A stretch of 63,031 nucleotides of DNA, filler included, from Folioceros fuciformis (taxonomy: Eukaryota): the NCBI GenBank assembly GCA_049999805.1. It is 18 parts of 18 records of this genome, joined end to end, with 100 filler letters (N's around TTAATTAATTAA, not from the genome) between each part and the next. Parts side by side here need not be neighbours in the genome. Positions count along the whole stretch, not along the records: positions 24,085 to 26,427 come from JBNGIO010006695.1; positions 26,528 to 29,158 come from JBNGIO010006696.1; positions 29,259 to 31,640 come from JBNGIO010006697.1; positions 31,741 to 32,916 come from JBNGIO010006698.1; positions 33,017 to 36,719 come from JBNGIO010006699.1; 13 more parts are not named here. The stretch is one strand, 5' to 3'. Below are positions 23,985 through 36,719 of the stretch, piece by piece; within the stretch, counting starts at the first letter, position 1; each line of letters starts with the position of its first letter. The notes beneath the pieces were generated by a model, which was not told the origin of the DNA, did not search any database, and saw only the letters and a list, made by a program, of their open reading frames with translations. A program made the translations under genes and the position numbers.

Positions 23985-26527
23985 NNNNNNNNNNNNNNNN
24001 NNNNNNNNNNNNNNNNNNNNNNNNNNNNTTAATTAATTAANNNNNNNNNNNNNNNNNNNNNNNNNNNNNNNNNNNNNNNNNNNNCTCATGATGTGGCTAT
24101 GTACAATACAGGCATCTATACTAAATTCTGAGGTATATTCATGTATGACGTACATATTTGGAAAAAAGAACAATGTGTCCAACCACTGTTCCTGTCGATA
24201 TTCCATACTTAGATGTAAAAGGTTATGGTAAAAGAAAATATCTATTATATATATATATATATATTCACATTATTTGAGTAAACATTGTAACAAACCCTAA
24301 ACCCTTTCATGAGCATCTCACGAAAGAAAGGACAGGTATATCCATTGCATCATATAATTTTAATATTTAATATGAATCAAAAAATAAAACATGATAGGCC
24401 TTCAAAGATTTTCCTATCCCCCGTCTGTTGGATAAAAAGATGCACTTGAGATCCTACTTTAAACAGTTTCCCAACAGGACAAGACCAATCCCTATACAGC
24501 AATTCAGCGTCTACTTTCGATGTCCGAGAAATCTTTCGATGTATCTGCATGTGGATAAGATAAGAGTATGTATTCTCATCAAAACTTTCGAAGAGGCATC
24601 GGCCGTTCAGTAGCAAGATCTACCGGGGCGAAATCCAAGCACCGAAAAGGGTTTCAAACTCTACTCAAATCGACTCGCTCGCGCCTTCTCGGCTTAAAGC
24701 AAAGGATCGTACAACAGCATACCCATATCTGCCTCCACCTCTAAGCATGTTCGTATGCGACTCATCTTGGTAAAGAACAGACAGGCCGCCTTTCTGAAGG
24801 CATCGAACGCATCTGCGCAAGTCTCATCAAACCCACACGACGAATCACGAGCAGAAATGTGAGCGGATAGCAACCTGTGTCGGAAGACATGCTGCTAGTA
24901 CTGAAGAGGACTTTCAGTCACAAGAACTGCACATGATTGATGGAAATTGCCGGAAAACACAATTGGACAGGAGGCAGCAGCCAAACCAACGGAGAAGCTC
25001 CCTAGCAGAGTCCCGGAAATATTGGAGCACTTCATACTTGGAGCAGCACAAGGTCCGAGGTACAATATCAAGGATGCCAAGACTCAAATTCGCTAGTGGT
25101 CATCTAATTTCCTATCTCTTGCTCAGTGAGATGTCGTGCACACTTCACGAGTTGCCCGCTTAAACCTAACCAGGAGCACAGTCTGAGCACAACATGATCT
25201 TTTTCCCCCTAAGAGATCGCATACAGGAGCCAAAAGAATGTCACTTGAAAGAGCAAAATACGGTGTCGCTCGAAAAGCTAGAGCAATAGGACTCGGAAAA
25301 CAGTGTCTTGGACGAGTATGACTTGGACGACCAAGTCATATGACTGGGGAGAGCAAAACCGATGAGAATTTGAAGAGAGAAGGCAGAAGACTAGCGACAT
25401 TTGGAAGAGCCAACAACAGTGTACATTGTAAGAGAAATCAACAGTCGATCACTTACGAAGAAAACCATTCTCACTTTGACGCAGGCAAAAGGGAAAGGGA
25501 AACCCAACATAGACAAGGTTTTGATCTTTGCAACAGCAACCATGACCTAATCTCTGCTGTGCCATAAGAGTGCCTCAGCGGTAGTGACAAAAAACAATTT
25601 CTCGTCATGGACATTTCTGATTCGATCGTAGTCGTCACAGGCACTCCACTCACTATTTGGAGGTAGATGCAAAGAATTTCTTCGAAACCTTCCTCAAAAC
25701 TCATGCAACAGAGACGGTGTGTGCAGGTGACAAAGAACCTTCAGAGCATCGCAATACAGCCGCACATGAATACCCACAACTACCTGTGGCTGGTGTTCAA
25801 TAACAAGCGCCATGGAGTGTGCAGGCATGCGAGAAGTGGTGCATACACTGAGAAGGCCACATTTTCCAGTGCCAAGACAGCGTACACACAAAGTCCAGAA
25901 GCAGCGTACCTCTGGAACTCCATCAGCATCTGTCCTGGAAGCAAGCAGCACCAACCGAGGATTACTCCACGACTAATCCAGTTACATCGATGACACCTCC
26001 AATCAGACCCGCTCCACCGCCCACGAAGTCATAGAGCTCAGGTGTAAGGGCAGCAAGCTCTGATATACTTCTGGGCAACAAGTGGCATATCCATGAAACT
26101 GTGAGAGCTTTCCCCCTGTTGATTGGCGGACAGGATCCACCTGAAAATGTTGTCTGCCACATCACAGCGGCACACAGTCAATTCTTCCTGCTACGATGGC
26201 GAGATGCCAAGCACTCTCGGCAGGAGCTGACTGCCCTCAAATACTCCACCTGCGGAAAGATGTGTAAGCATGGCTGCGAGAGGCTCAGTACCCTGCTGCA
26301 GGGTTGGCCGAAACCTCAAGCAATAGACCTAAAAGTTCGAAGCTGTTACCGATTGTTAGCGACATGACGCACAAGACGAAGCTCGCAACCTTCTGCCCCT
26401 TCAGATGACGACACCTTGTTGTCAACANNNNNNNNNNNNNNNNNNNNNNNNNNNNNNNNNNNNNNNNNNNNTTAATTAATTAANNNNNNNNNNNNNNNNN
26501 NNNNNNNNNNNNNNNNNNNNNNNNNNN

Positions 26528-27197
26528 ATGATGCGGGACGCTAACGCTTTGGAATCCTTGTCGATGATGTCCAATGCGTCCAGCTGCTTCAAAATACTCC
26601 TTGTTATGACACCACTTGCTCTTGGCGAAGTGCGATGGTCTTACACTGTTGCTCTTGCGGCCTTCATACATCCACCCAACCCAGATCCCCATCGTAAGTA
26701 AACCTTCCTCACCATAGATGCTGTTCAAGACTTCAGTAACACACGTCAAGGTTCAGGATTAGAAGGAGCAAACTGCGCAAAAGCTTACTGCTCTTAATCA
26801 GGAAGAACAAGGGAATACCTCAACAGATACAGTAGAACTTCCGTCCACTACCAGATCGAGACACACACAGAAAATCAAAACCCTAAAGGACCAGCCCTAA
26901 TAAAGTACCAATCAGCGTCATAAGATGCCAACTGTTGGAAGGTAGGAGTCTTCACTACATCCACCAAACCGGACGGGTTGTTCCACAATACAACGCAAGA
27001 CCACCACAGGTCAGGCCAAAGCCGGCTTAGCTGCCCGCACCCATCGCAGCTGGAAAGCTCCGTGCAAGCAAAAAAATTGGAAAAGTGAAGCTACCTTGAC
27101 CGAATGCTTAAGCTGCGCAGTGTAAACCATCACGAATTCGGGTGATGTCTTCTTCTGAAGCGAACACAGTTTTCACAGTCCTCACCGTGGCCGCCAT
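26528..27197 (-). pseudogene. RPS19: 40S ribosomal protein S19 (eS19) pseudogene, introns retained
   Basis: Fragments MAATVRTVK, PEFVMVYTAQLKHSVK, VDVVKTPTFQQLASYDADWYFIRA, YEGRKSNSVRPSHFAKS and ILKQLDALDIIDKD align with eS19 but need several frameshifts and are strongly diverged. Confidence 0.82.
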
Positions 27198-27977
27198 GGC
27201 TACAAAGACGGACATTCAGGAGCCCCTGCCGATTGTAGGTTAAGGGTGAACGATCTGCAGATACATAGAACACTTCCGACCCTCAATAGCTTCAGTGGTC
27301 GTCTCTCTTCCGCATCGTGCGCAAACTGAGCACTGTTTTGAGTTTTGGAAACCACCTTTGTTTTGCACCTCTGCCGAGTTGTCGTCATTGCCTGGTCTTT
27401 GAGCTATCTCTATGTCGCAGCGTGCGGATTTGCAATGGTGAGCGTGGTGTTGACGCGGAAGCCTTGAGCAGTCGTGAGGAATTACTTTCTTGGACTGTTC
27501 AGTGCTGCTGGACAGGCATTTCGTGGCGAGCTTCGTAACCGATCATCTTTGTCCGTCCCAGGCGCTTCTGCATGTTGTTTTCAGAGGCAGTACAGTTGAG
27601 GGAATGGCCACCGCTGGTACGGGTCTGGCCAGAGATGGTACCCTGGTAAGGATTGCCGCTTTTGGTATCTTTCCAAACTGTCTTCTAGTTTGACAGCCGC
27701 CTAGGTGATCCGCGTAGGCCATGGGATTAATGTCCTTAGGATTAAAGCCGGTGCCGATTCCTCCCCATTCATATCTCTCTGGAATGCACGAGGGAGACCA
27801 TATTGAGTGACTGTAGGGAGTTACAGTACTCCCATCTACATGACTTTGTTGCCTTATACTCTCATGAACTCTGCTTGAGAAGGTATGCACAGGCACAGGC
27901 ACCTCCTCTGTAGTAGGAGGTCGGCGAGGTAGCCAAGCGTTTCAGGACAGGCTGGACAAGGTTGTTGGCCACCAGCA

Positions 27978-29057
27978 ATGGCTTTGGACCTTGTCTCAAC
28001 AGAGATGAAAAAATGTAAGCAAAAACATGTGCTTACAGATGCTCTGCTGAAGAGAAGGGTGAAGAAGAAGAGGCTGCGAATATGCAATCCGTTTGGGGAG
28101 ACTGGAAACTCGAGGATGCGGTAGGCGACAGGTTGGACCGATGATCTTGCTCTGGTGCAGGACGGTGAGGCGCAGGAGGTGCCAGTCAGGAAGCCTGCAT
28201 GGGTTGATGAGGAGGAATCGAAGTCCCCCGTGGCCATTTCCATCGTGAACAGACTGAGGAAGCTCAGTTTGAGAGGCTGAGGGCTAACTACAGGAAGCTT
28301 AAGCCTGGTACCAATCGGCCCGAGCTTGTCTTTCAGGAGGACCGGACCAGGCGAATTAGGGCTGACGATTCGGAGTAGGCACAGAGGTCGACGGTACTGA
28401 GCCAGAAAGCACGGCCCTGCGTGCCCTCACTGGTGATGCGGACCTTGTGATGCAGAGCAAGTCCAAATTGCCGCCGCGGATTATTAGTGTTTGCCGGATG
28501 CGGGATGCTAATTGTGAACTGAAGATGAATGGCAGTGTTAGGGCTATGTCTTTTGCGGAAGATGGTAGGGAGTTGCTAGGTCTTGGATAAGGTGGAGAGG
28601 TGTACACTTGGGACATGAGGACCCAAATGTGCATCCACAAAGCCCGAGATGAAGGTAATGTGAACAGCACAGCATTTGGTGTCTCGGCTGATAGCACCCT
28701 CTTTGCCACGAGGTCATGCAGTGCGATGGGGAATGTGTATGACAGGGACTCTTTTTGGGAGGTAATAGGAAAACCAGAAAGACGCTCAAGAGTCTTGCCA
28801 CCAGCCTAGAGAACGTCAAGTTCAACTCCGCCTCTCAGATTTTTGGCTGTCACTTTGCAGATGCAGAGGGAGAAGCTTTCAGGCTCGTGCACTTGCCGTC
28901 TTACACTGGTTTCTCGAATTGTCCAACAGCAAGGACTTTTTTGCAGCATGTCCACGCCTTGGACTCTAGTCCTGGAGGAGGCTATCTTGCACCCGGGAAT
29001 GCTGTAGGCCGAGTGTCGCTCGACAGATTATTATTATATTACGACAAGTGTGCGTAA
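27978..29057 (+). pseudogene. UTP18: U3 snoRNA-associated protein 18 (WD40) pseudogene
   Basis: RKPAWVDEEE, RLRKL, RMRDAN, LKMNGSVR, WDMRTQMCIHKARDEG, FRLVHLPSYT and SPGGGYLA(P)GNAVGRV, with stops, frameshifts and an apparent internal deletion. Confidence 0.88.
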
Positions 29058-29259
29058 TGGGAGACAACTACGTTCTGAAATCCTCAATCGAGTAGGTACG
29101 AATGTAGAAACCTAGTCGCTCAAAATGCGCCTAATCGGCATTTGATTCCGAGCAGGAANNNNNNNNNNNNNNNNNNNNNNNNNNNNNNNNNNNNNNNNNN
29201 NNTTAATTAATTAANNNNNNNNNNNNNNNNNNNNNNNNNNNNNNNNNNNNNNNNNNNNA

Positions 29260-29814
29260 GGTGCAGGCTACGGGGGTGGAGGAAGCTCTACTGGCTACGG
29301 GGGTAGTGGAGGCGGGAGCATGAGTGGCTATGGGAATACAGGAGCTTGGGGATCGGGTGGTGCTGGCACTGGTCAAGCCACCGGTAGCAGTGCTGGCTAC
29401 GGCGGTAGTGCAGGCTATTACAGTAGTGGAGACAGTGGGTATGGGTCCAATGCTGCGGGTTATGGAGCTAGAGGTAGTGGGTATGGAAGTAGTGCTGGAG
29501 GTTATGGAAGCTCAGGAGGCGGGGGTGCAGGTAGTGGCAGCTATGCAGGGGGTTATGCGGATATGTACGGGAGCACGGGGTACGCGGATTCCACATGGAG
29601 ATCTGGGGCAACCGACTCGTACAGTTCAGCACCAGCGGGTTCGGGTGGTGCGGCTAGTGGAGGCTATAGCATGGGTGGCGGCTCAGGAGCTGACGCAACC
29701 GTGAACGGGTCGGCTGGCTATGGGGGAGGCTATGGAGTGGCTGGCAGGCAGACACAGCGAGGTTCTGATGCCCGCTTCAGGCCCTATCCTGCTGCTGGTG
29801 ACCGCACTGGCTAG
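29260..29814 (+). CDS. C-terminal Gly/Ser/Tyr-rich domain of an hnRNP A1/Musashi-like RNA-binding protein (5' truncated)
   Basis: GYG/SSAGYG low-complexity repeats, GYADSTW, and terminal DARFRPYP (PY-NLS-type). The RRMs are not in the contig. Confidence 0.75.
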   Translation, partial: GAGYGGGGSSTGYGGSGGGSMSGYGNTGAWGSGGAGTGQATGSSAGYGGSAGYYSSGDSGYGSNAAGYGARGSGYGSSAGGYGSSGGGGAGSGSYAGGYADMYGSTGYADSTWRSGATDSYSSAPAGSGGAASGGYSMGGGSGADATVNGSAGYGGGYGVAGRQTQRGSDARFRPYPAAGDRTG

Positions 29815-32800
29815 TAAACACTGCTGATGTGCATGTCTCGAAGAAAAAAAAAAGTTAAAAGATTATGCACGGGCTTCGTAGAGCTCACCTGGAGTCATTA
29901 GTGTTTTAATATACATAGGATTTTCCTATAGAGGCTTTTTTTCCCCCTGAAGGAGAAGTTAACCCACAAGATGAAAAGATTTTTCTGGACTTCGGCTAAT
30001 CCACTTTTGCAGATGTTCTCCGTGAGGGAAGAGGATAAAAGCTTTTGGCAGTTGTCTGTAGTTTTTTGTCTGTTAGTCTGCAGTTTTTGTTGAGGGTGAT
30101 GTTTTAGTGTTATACGAGGCCAGTCAGGCAGGTTAGAAAGGTCAGCCATATTCCTATGCATCTTTCGTGCTGTGATAGCAACGTTGGAGTGCGCTGTCTA
30201 GTCTGATGTTGTTTTAGTTGGTTGCTTAGGACGTCAAAGCATAGCCTTCTTGGTCAGGTTCTGTTGGTATCTTTTAGTGGGATTGCAGCATGGTAGGTAA
30301 TGTTGGATTCCTTTGTGCGTAGGATGGATTGCTAGGGTGTAGGCGATGTCGATTCTGGACTATAGCCTCGTCTTTGACCTTTCTGTAATGCTGCAGGCCT
30401 GTTGTTGAGTGTATGCCTCTAAGAAAAATGTTTAGTTTCCGAGTTTCTTAGTGCTTCAACTTAGGGTGGTCTTCTAAGGGATCCAGTCTTTTGTTTTAGT
30501 TTGATGCTTCAGTGCATGCTTGTTCGGTTTCTCTCAGTTGACTGTCTGTGAGAAGGTTGTTTTTGCATTTCTTCTGGACAATAGAGCATGTTAACTGTGT
30601 AAGGAATGAAGGAATGAAAGAACTGAGTAGGCAATCTGATTGTATTTTGAATCTGAAAAACCGGTATTGATTCGTTCATAATTTTGTTTCTTCCTGAATG
30701 TGCCCTATGTACAGGGGTCGCTGCATAGTCTTGATAGGGGGAGGCAATCTCGACTATTAATATGTTCCTGAAGTCTGGAGCGCACACACTCACGTTCGGC
30801 CGAGGTTGTGATCTGTATCAATTGGATGGGTTGCTGGGGGTTGCGAGTATTTGTGGCGAAATTATAAAATGCTAGTCTAATCAGAAACATTTTTTACAGT
30901 GTTTACATTATCATTTTTAGATTCTGATCAATATTCTTATGTTTCACCAATTTGTAGATGGTGAGTAATTCCTAGATGCTAATCAAGAAACTTGAATCTA
31001 TCAGGGTGGTCATGTAAGGCAGATGATGAAACTTAGCAATCAGTACTTGCAGTTCTGGTTTTTGATTGTTACATAAAAGGATCTCCGCCATGTTTTGGTG
31101 AAGAAGTGGTATCAGCATCTGGAAGGCAGAAGGATGGTTTGTAGGGAGGCTGATGCCCCTGAAGAATCAATCATGTGACTGGGGTAGGTCAGGGCAAGTC
31201 AGGACAATGGCATGGCCGGAGTTGAGTGTATACTGCTGAACGAGGTGTTTAGCGTAGTGTTTTGTGCTCTTGTGAATGAAGTTTATTTCCCCCACTCTGA
31301 AGGCGAGGCCTCTAGTCATTGGAACCTTTTGTCTGGTTTGCATTTGCAACCTCTTGTCTGGCTTGCTTGCCTTTGTAAAGGTCAACTACCCTGGCTCACT
31401 GCAGAGCCAGAGGAAGACAACCAGACTAACATGACAAACGGGGTGTTGTGAATGTTTTGATTATAAATCCCGAACCCTGAGTCCCCAGGTTTCAACAGAC
31501 CTACCCAAACCTAATCGTCAAGAAATTGCAAAAACTTGGGCAATGTTTTGATGCTGTGCAGCCGCAACCAATCCCACCCCTCTGCCTTAATCTCGCCACC
31601 CAAATCCCTCACCACAGCCGCGCCAGAAGCACATCCGAGCNNNNNNNNNNNNNNNNNNNNNNNNNNNNNNNNNNNNNNNNNNNNTTAATTAATTAANNNN
31701 NNNNNNNNNNNNNNNNNNNNNNNNNNNNNNNNNNNNNNNNCTGCGGCACGGCTGCCCGCCTGCCCAATCTAACCCATCCTGCCCTGTGCTGCCCACTCTG
31801 CCCGTGCTACCCAATCGTTGCCCGCTGCCCGTCTCGCCTCCCTCCCCTTTTCCCATTTCCTTTATTTTATTTATTTTATTTTTTTGCTATTTTCTGAGAG
31901 ATAATTCTACAAAGCATGAACCTTACTTACCTCACTTGGTCGACAATTTGAACTGTCCCGGGACCCCAGGATCAGCTTTCCATGGCCGAGGAACCATTTC
32001 GGCTAGAAGCCGATTCTGCTGAATAAGCTGCCGATTCCAGGCCCGGTTCCGGCTACTGATCCTACTTCTTCCCACCTCTTCCCTATCTTCTTCCACTGCT
32101 CATACTCCTCCCGTGCAGGCAAGCTTAGCCACCAAGGAGGAACAGTTGCAGGAGAAGGCTTTGTGGGCGGCCATCCAGCAAGGAAGAGGCGGCAAGAACT
32201 TTGAAGATCAGGCATCCTTCAAAGTCTTAGGTAGTTTAAGAGGTGGTAGATACTTGTGGTGGTAGGGTTAGCAGGTCGTAGGGCCGGCTCATTGATGGCA
32301 TGATGTGCTAGGAAAGTCTAAATAAGTGGCTGGTGACAGCAGGCTAGGCTAGTGTTCCTATTAAAATAATATTTCTCAAGCTAGATAGAGGTGAAGTTAG
32401 AGAGAGAGAGGCTCCTATAAGATCAGGTGAGCCTATAGGAGGCAGGTTGTCACTTTGCGAGTTCTCTCAGGTTGTCCCTGCTTGGATACAGCAGTGTGTG
32501 CCGGCTGTGCATGTGTGCAGCATCTGGTAAAGCTTTGAGAAGTGGTGGCAAGGATTAAGGGCGAGGTTCCTTTTAATTCTTGATCGTGGTCTCCGTGTTG
32601 TGTCTCCATGATCTGTCATTTTCGTTTCCTCGCAGGGCTGGAGTGAGTGCCGACTGTGCTTGCATGGTGTCTGGTAGGATTGTGGGTGGCGGCATGTTCT
32701 TCTTTGGGGTTAGTCTAGTGACTCTTGCCGAGTAGGGGGAGTCCATAGGGAAGCGTAGAAGGTAGTGGTGTCGTTGCTGGTTGCTAGTTGTTGCCGGTGC

Positions 32801-33693
32801 TGGTGATGGAGTGAGTGAGTGAGTGAGAGAAGTGAAGTGAAGTGAGGGAAGTCGCAGATTTGAGAAGTTAGGGTCGTTGTAGTGACTAGAGTGAGTTTGT
32901 GGGCACCAAGAGAGGTNNNNNNNNNNNNNNNNNNNNNNNNNNNNNNNNNNNNNNNNNNNNTTAATTAATTAANNNNNNNNNNNNNNNNNNNNNNNNNNNN
33001 NNNNNNNNNNNNNNNNTGACATATCTAGATCACGTGGGTTAGTCCTACACTTACTGCACCCACAACAGAAATTCTACCCTTCCAACCAGTTCAGTCTCTC
33101 AAAACCCCTTAACCGCCAGACTCTTTAATCCCGCATTCGCTTCTAGTGACATTCGAATCTTCCCCCAAAATTCATATCCCAGTGGGTAGTCAGTCATGTT
33201 GGCCCCATGGAGAAGGAGCATGCCCACACGCTTTCCCCGCTCCAATCCAAAATCCCATCAACTTGAGGAAATGTTTTCTTGAGGCTTAAGCATCGTATAC
33301 ATAGTCACTGGGTGGAATTCCTCCTGCTTAACTAAATGGAATGCAGCAGGAAGCAGTGGCGAAAAACAAGCAAAGTGAGAAGGAAAGAAGCTAACAGCAT
33401 CAGCTTAACATGGAAACTTCAAAAAAGTAAACTTTTTCACTTAAAATTCAAAAACTGCATGTTGTCATACATTGAAGTCCAAGTAGATGAGGAGAACCAA
33501 AGAAGGAACCAAGGGCAAAGCTAAAATGGAGCATCTAAGCTCCTTACTATGTGGTGCTTCATAAACATCACCCTAAAATGTAATGTTCAGACATCCAGCA
33601 AATTGCAAAGCTTGATTCAAAACTTTGACAAACTTGAATCTAGCTGTTTTTTTCTAAACTTAAACCCATCACCTACTTTGGTTTTACTATCTC

Positions 33694-35150
33694 TCAAGTC
33701 AGCCAACTAACTACATAATTCGGAACACTGGGCTGAACATATACCTTGTAGTGAAGAGTATCTATCGCAATGTAGGTATTTCTTTGCATGAAGTTTCCTA
33801 TTACATGTGCAGCACATCAATCACTAGGTCTAGACCCAACCATCAGACAAACCATATCCTCAAGGGGATTGTTATCTTGTGGCACTGATATCCATAGATT
33901 TTTTAGTGGAATTTTCCATTGAACAAGATTGTGTGCAGGGTCAGTAAACTCAAAAGACATTTCAATAGGTTCAAATCCATCAAGAGGAAAACATAATGAG
34001 AACTGTTTAGATGAGATTGGACGGGTTGGCAACTTTCTAAGCATTACCTCCTTTGCAATAACATTGTATACGTTTTCACTAAAGTATGTCAATATAGTTC
34101 CAAAATCAATGATAGTGCCCCCAGTTCCATCAGGTTTCATTGCAAATCTAGCTGGAGGTATGATAAGCTTAGATGAACCCACATAGATATTAACTAGGGG
34201 CACATACTAATAGTGTCTTGAATACTTACTATTCCTCAATAACGAAATGTTTAAGGAACTTTTGTCGGTAGGTTGGGGAGCACTTCCAGGTATCAATTTC
34301 CCTGTAGGTCCATTTGGGTTCACAGAAGGTAATAAGCACCATCCGAATACATCACCCATGAATGATCTTATTTGTGAAAGAAAAGATATATATGCTTCAT
34401 TAAGGCCGAGTAATCTGACTCATTCGGGGTAAATAATCCATTTTGTATATTACCAACACCAAATGTGAAAACAAATTCTTCAAACTTTGATGGAGATGGT
34501 ATTCAAGATTGGATGTTGAACCCACGGTGCAGCCTATTGTGACCCCCGAAGTCACTTTGCTTGAAGAAGTATTGCTGCGGGATCTCCCACCACGAGATAT
34601 GTTCATTGGCACATATCCTAATTGTCACCGACAACGACAAGAAATGGATAAAATGCACGGGGATGTAGGGGACATACGGAAGGACATGTTCATAGCGACC
34701 GCTTATTGCAATTACACTCACAACAGACCATTTTGGATCTCGAATGTGCTTGAGGCGAAGCTAAATGGTTTGAGACCTTCTTTACTGGTGCATTGGTACA
34801 GAATTGAGCACACGTATGCATGAGGGGAAGTATGTCAAGAAGTTTGTTGTGTGTGGCAGAATGGTTGAAGTTGGTGGCAAACCCTCGAGGCACATGGGGA
34901 AGGGTGTGTTCCTGAAGAATGTGTTAGAGGTTTTCTTGAATGACACCATTATATTGTACTATGGATTCAGTCTTACTGCACGAAAGCACTTGTATGTAGC
35001 GGACAAGAAGGCCATACGAGACAAACTTATGGCCCTCTGTGGCTGCATCGACTCTCCTAGTGGAGCCGAATTCGACGGTAGCGAGGACGTCGATGTTGAT
35101 AGTTGTTCCAAAGTGTAGGCCGCTTAATCATAGAGTGACATAAGGACATA
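33694..35150 (-). pseudogene. A1 aspartic protease (nepenthesin/TAXi-like) pseudogene
   Basis: GLLGLNEAYISFLSQI, FGWCL, DGTGGTIIDFGTILTYF (DSGT motif altered), FSLCF, VCLMV and VIGNFMQRN, with multiple stops and frameshifts. The 5' limit is approximate. Confidence 0.85.
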
Positions 35151-36559
35151 CTTGTGGATTGTGTCAAGTAGTGTGAACCATGTTTATAGTTCTTTGAGGT
35201 TTCAGTTGGGGCACGTACCTACTGTAAGTGCCCCGTCTAGACCCTCAGAGTGGTCCAAAAAAAAGCATTGGAAAGGGTTTCCTCAGCCAATGCTAGTGTT
35301 CACGATTTAGACAGCCCCATAAAACATAGCTGCCATGTGCATGCATTAAAGATGAACAAAGTTGGTCCATATCAAAGGCTGTCATTTCCCTTTCCTCCAA
35401 AGCCACAGCAGTGTTCTGGGTTTGTGTTAGTGTTTCCGCAAGTGGACACTCCCCGTAGATAGAACTGCGGTGCCAGCCAACCAGCGCTCTTGGGCAACCC
35501 ACACAGACTATGGATCATGGATGCTCCAACATGGGTCTAGGTGGAGTGTGCAAGCAGTGTCAACAGTACCCCGCATTGCACTGAGGCAAGTCTTAGTTGA
35601 ACATAGGCATGCGTTATTAACAAATTTGTGGATAGTTTGAAGGAGCACATCCACATTGCGTTATTTGTTTTAGGGCTTAGAGAAAACTAGGCATTTGCAT
35701 GCAGCTTACCAGGCAAACATGGTCTGCAATATGGGCTTCATATCCGATTTCTAGGGCAAGACACATATATCACGCACCATTCACGAGCAATATGTGTTAT
35801 AAAAACTAAAGTCTATCCTTCCAACCATACCTTACCTTTTACACACTTTCGGGGTTGAATGTTCAAAAATACCACTATGGATCTCATCAGTGACCTCCAT
35901 AGGAAAATATTGTACATATGCCACCCTTTAGGGTTATTTCCCCCCCTTGCAAATTGACCGCGTTTTTTCTTCTCATAGGATGCCATCCAAAGAAATTCCA
36001 GGCTAGCCCTTCAAATACTGAGGCCATGATGCCATGGGCTGCAAGTGCGGCCTCTTGTGATGTTGCTCCGTCATAAAACCTGCAAGAGTCTCGCAACCCT
36101 GCCCAAGAGAAGGAGGCCCAAATGCCTCGGTGCATAGCTTCCCGGAGGGTGCGCTTGGCATCTTGGCCCTTCGTCCATCTCTCATTAAAACTCCAAGTTG
36201 GCGTTTCAATGAGAGCCTACGTACTCACTAGGTTTTGAGAGATCACTAGGTTTTGAAATTCTTGATGTTTAACATGATGGAATGTAGTAGGAAGTAGTAG
36301 GCAAAAAAGGGCAAAGTGAGAAAGGGTTTAGGGCTTAAAATTTCACTTAAATTTCAAAAACTTCTAGTTACAATAAATTGCACTGCACCTCTTGAGACTT
36401 AGGACAGCTAAGAAGGACACACGAGCAAAGCTAAAATGGAGCACCTAACCTCCTTATTGCGGTGTTTTTCAAAATCATCGCCTTAAAATTTTGACATCTA
36501 GTAAACTAGAAAGCTTGATCCAAAACTTTGAACAAACTTGAATCTAGCTAACCAATCTG

Positions 36560-36719
36560 TCAACCCAACCAGCTAACTCTACAATCGGGAACATTTGGTT
36601 GAACATATACCTTGTAGTGAAGAGTATCTATCGCAATATAGGTATTTCTTTGCATGAAATTCCCTATTACATGTGCAGGAACTGCACCATTAGGTCTGGA
36701 CCCAACCATGAGACATACC
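36560..36719 (-). CDS. 3' end of a second, tandem aspartic protease copy (truncated)
   Basis: VCLMVGSRPNGAVPAHVIGNFMQRNTYIAIDTLHYKVYVQP, near-identical to 33694-33850 but without the stop; the downstream flank is also duplicated. Confidence 0.8.

Noticed and set aside
24377-26367. Possible F-box-like or other decayed gene on the minus strand
   Set aside because: Only vague fragments (YLRAVSSC, GGGAGLI) amid many stops; a family cannot be supported.
26877-26886. Telomere-like AAACCCTAA motifs (also near 24292 and 44553)
   Set aside because: One or two units only; common telo-box or chance matches, not telomeric arrays.
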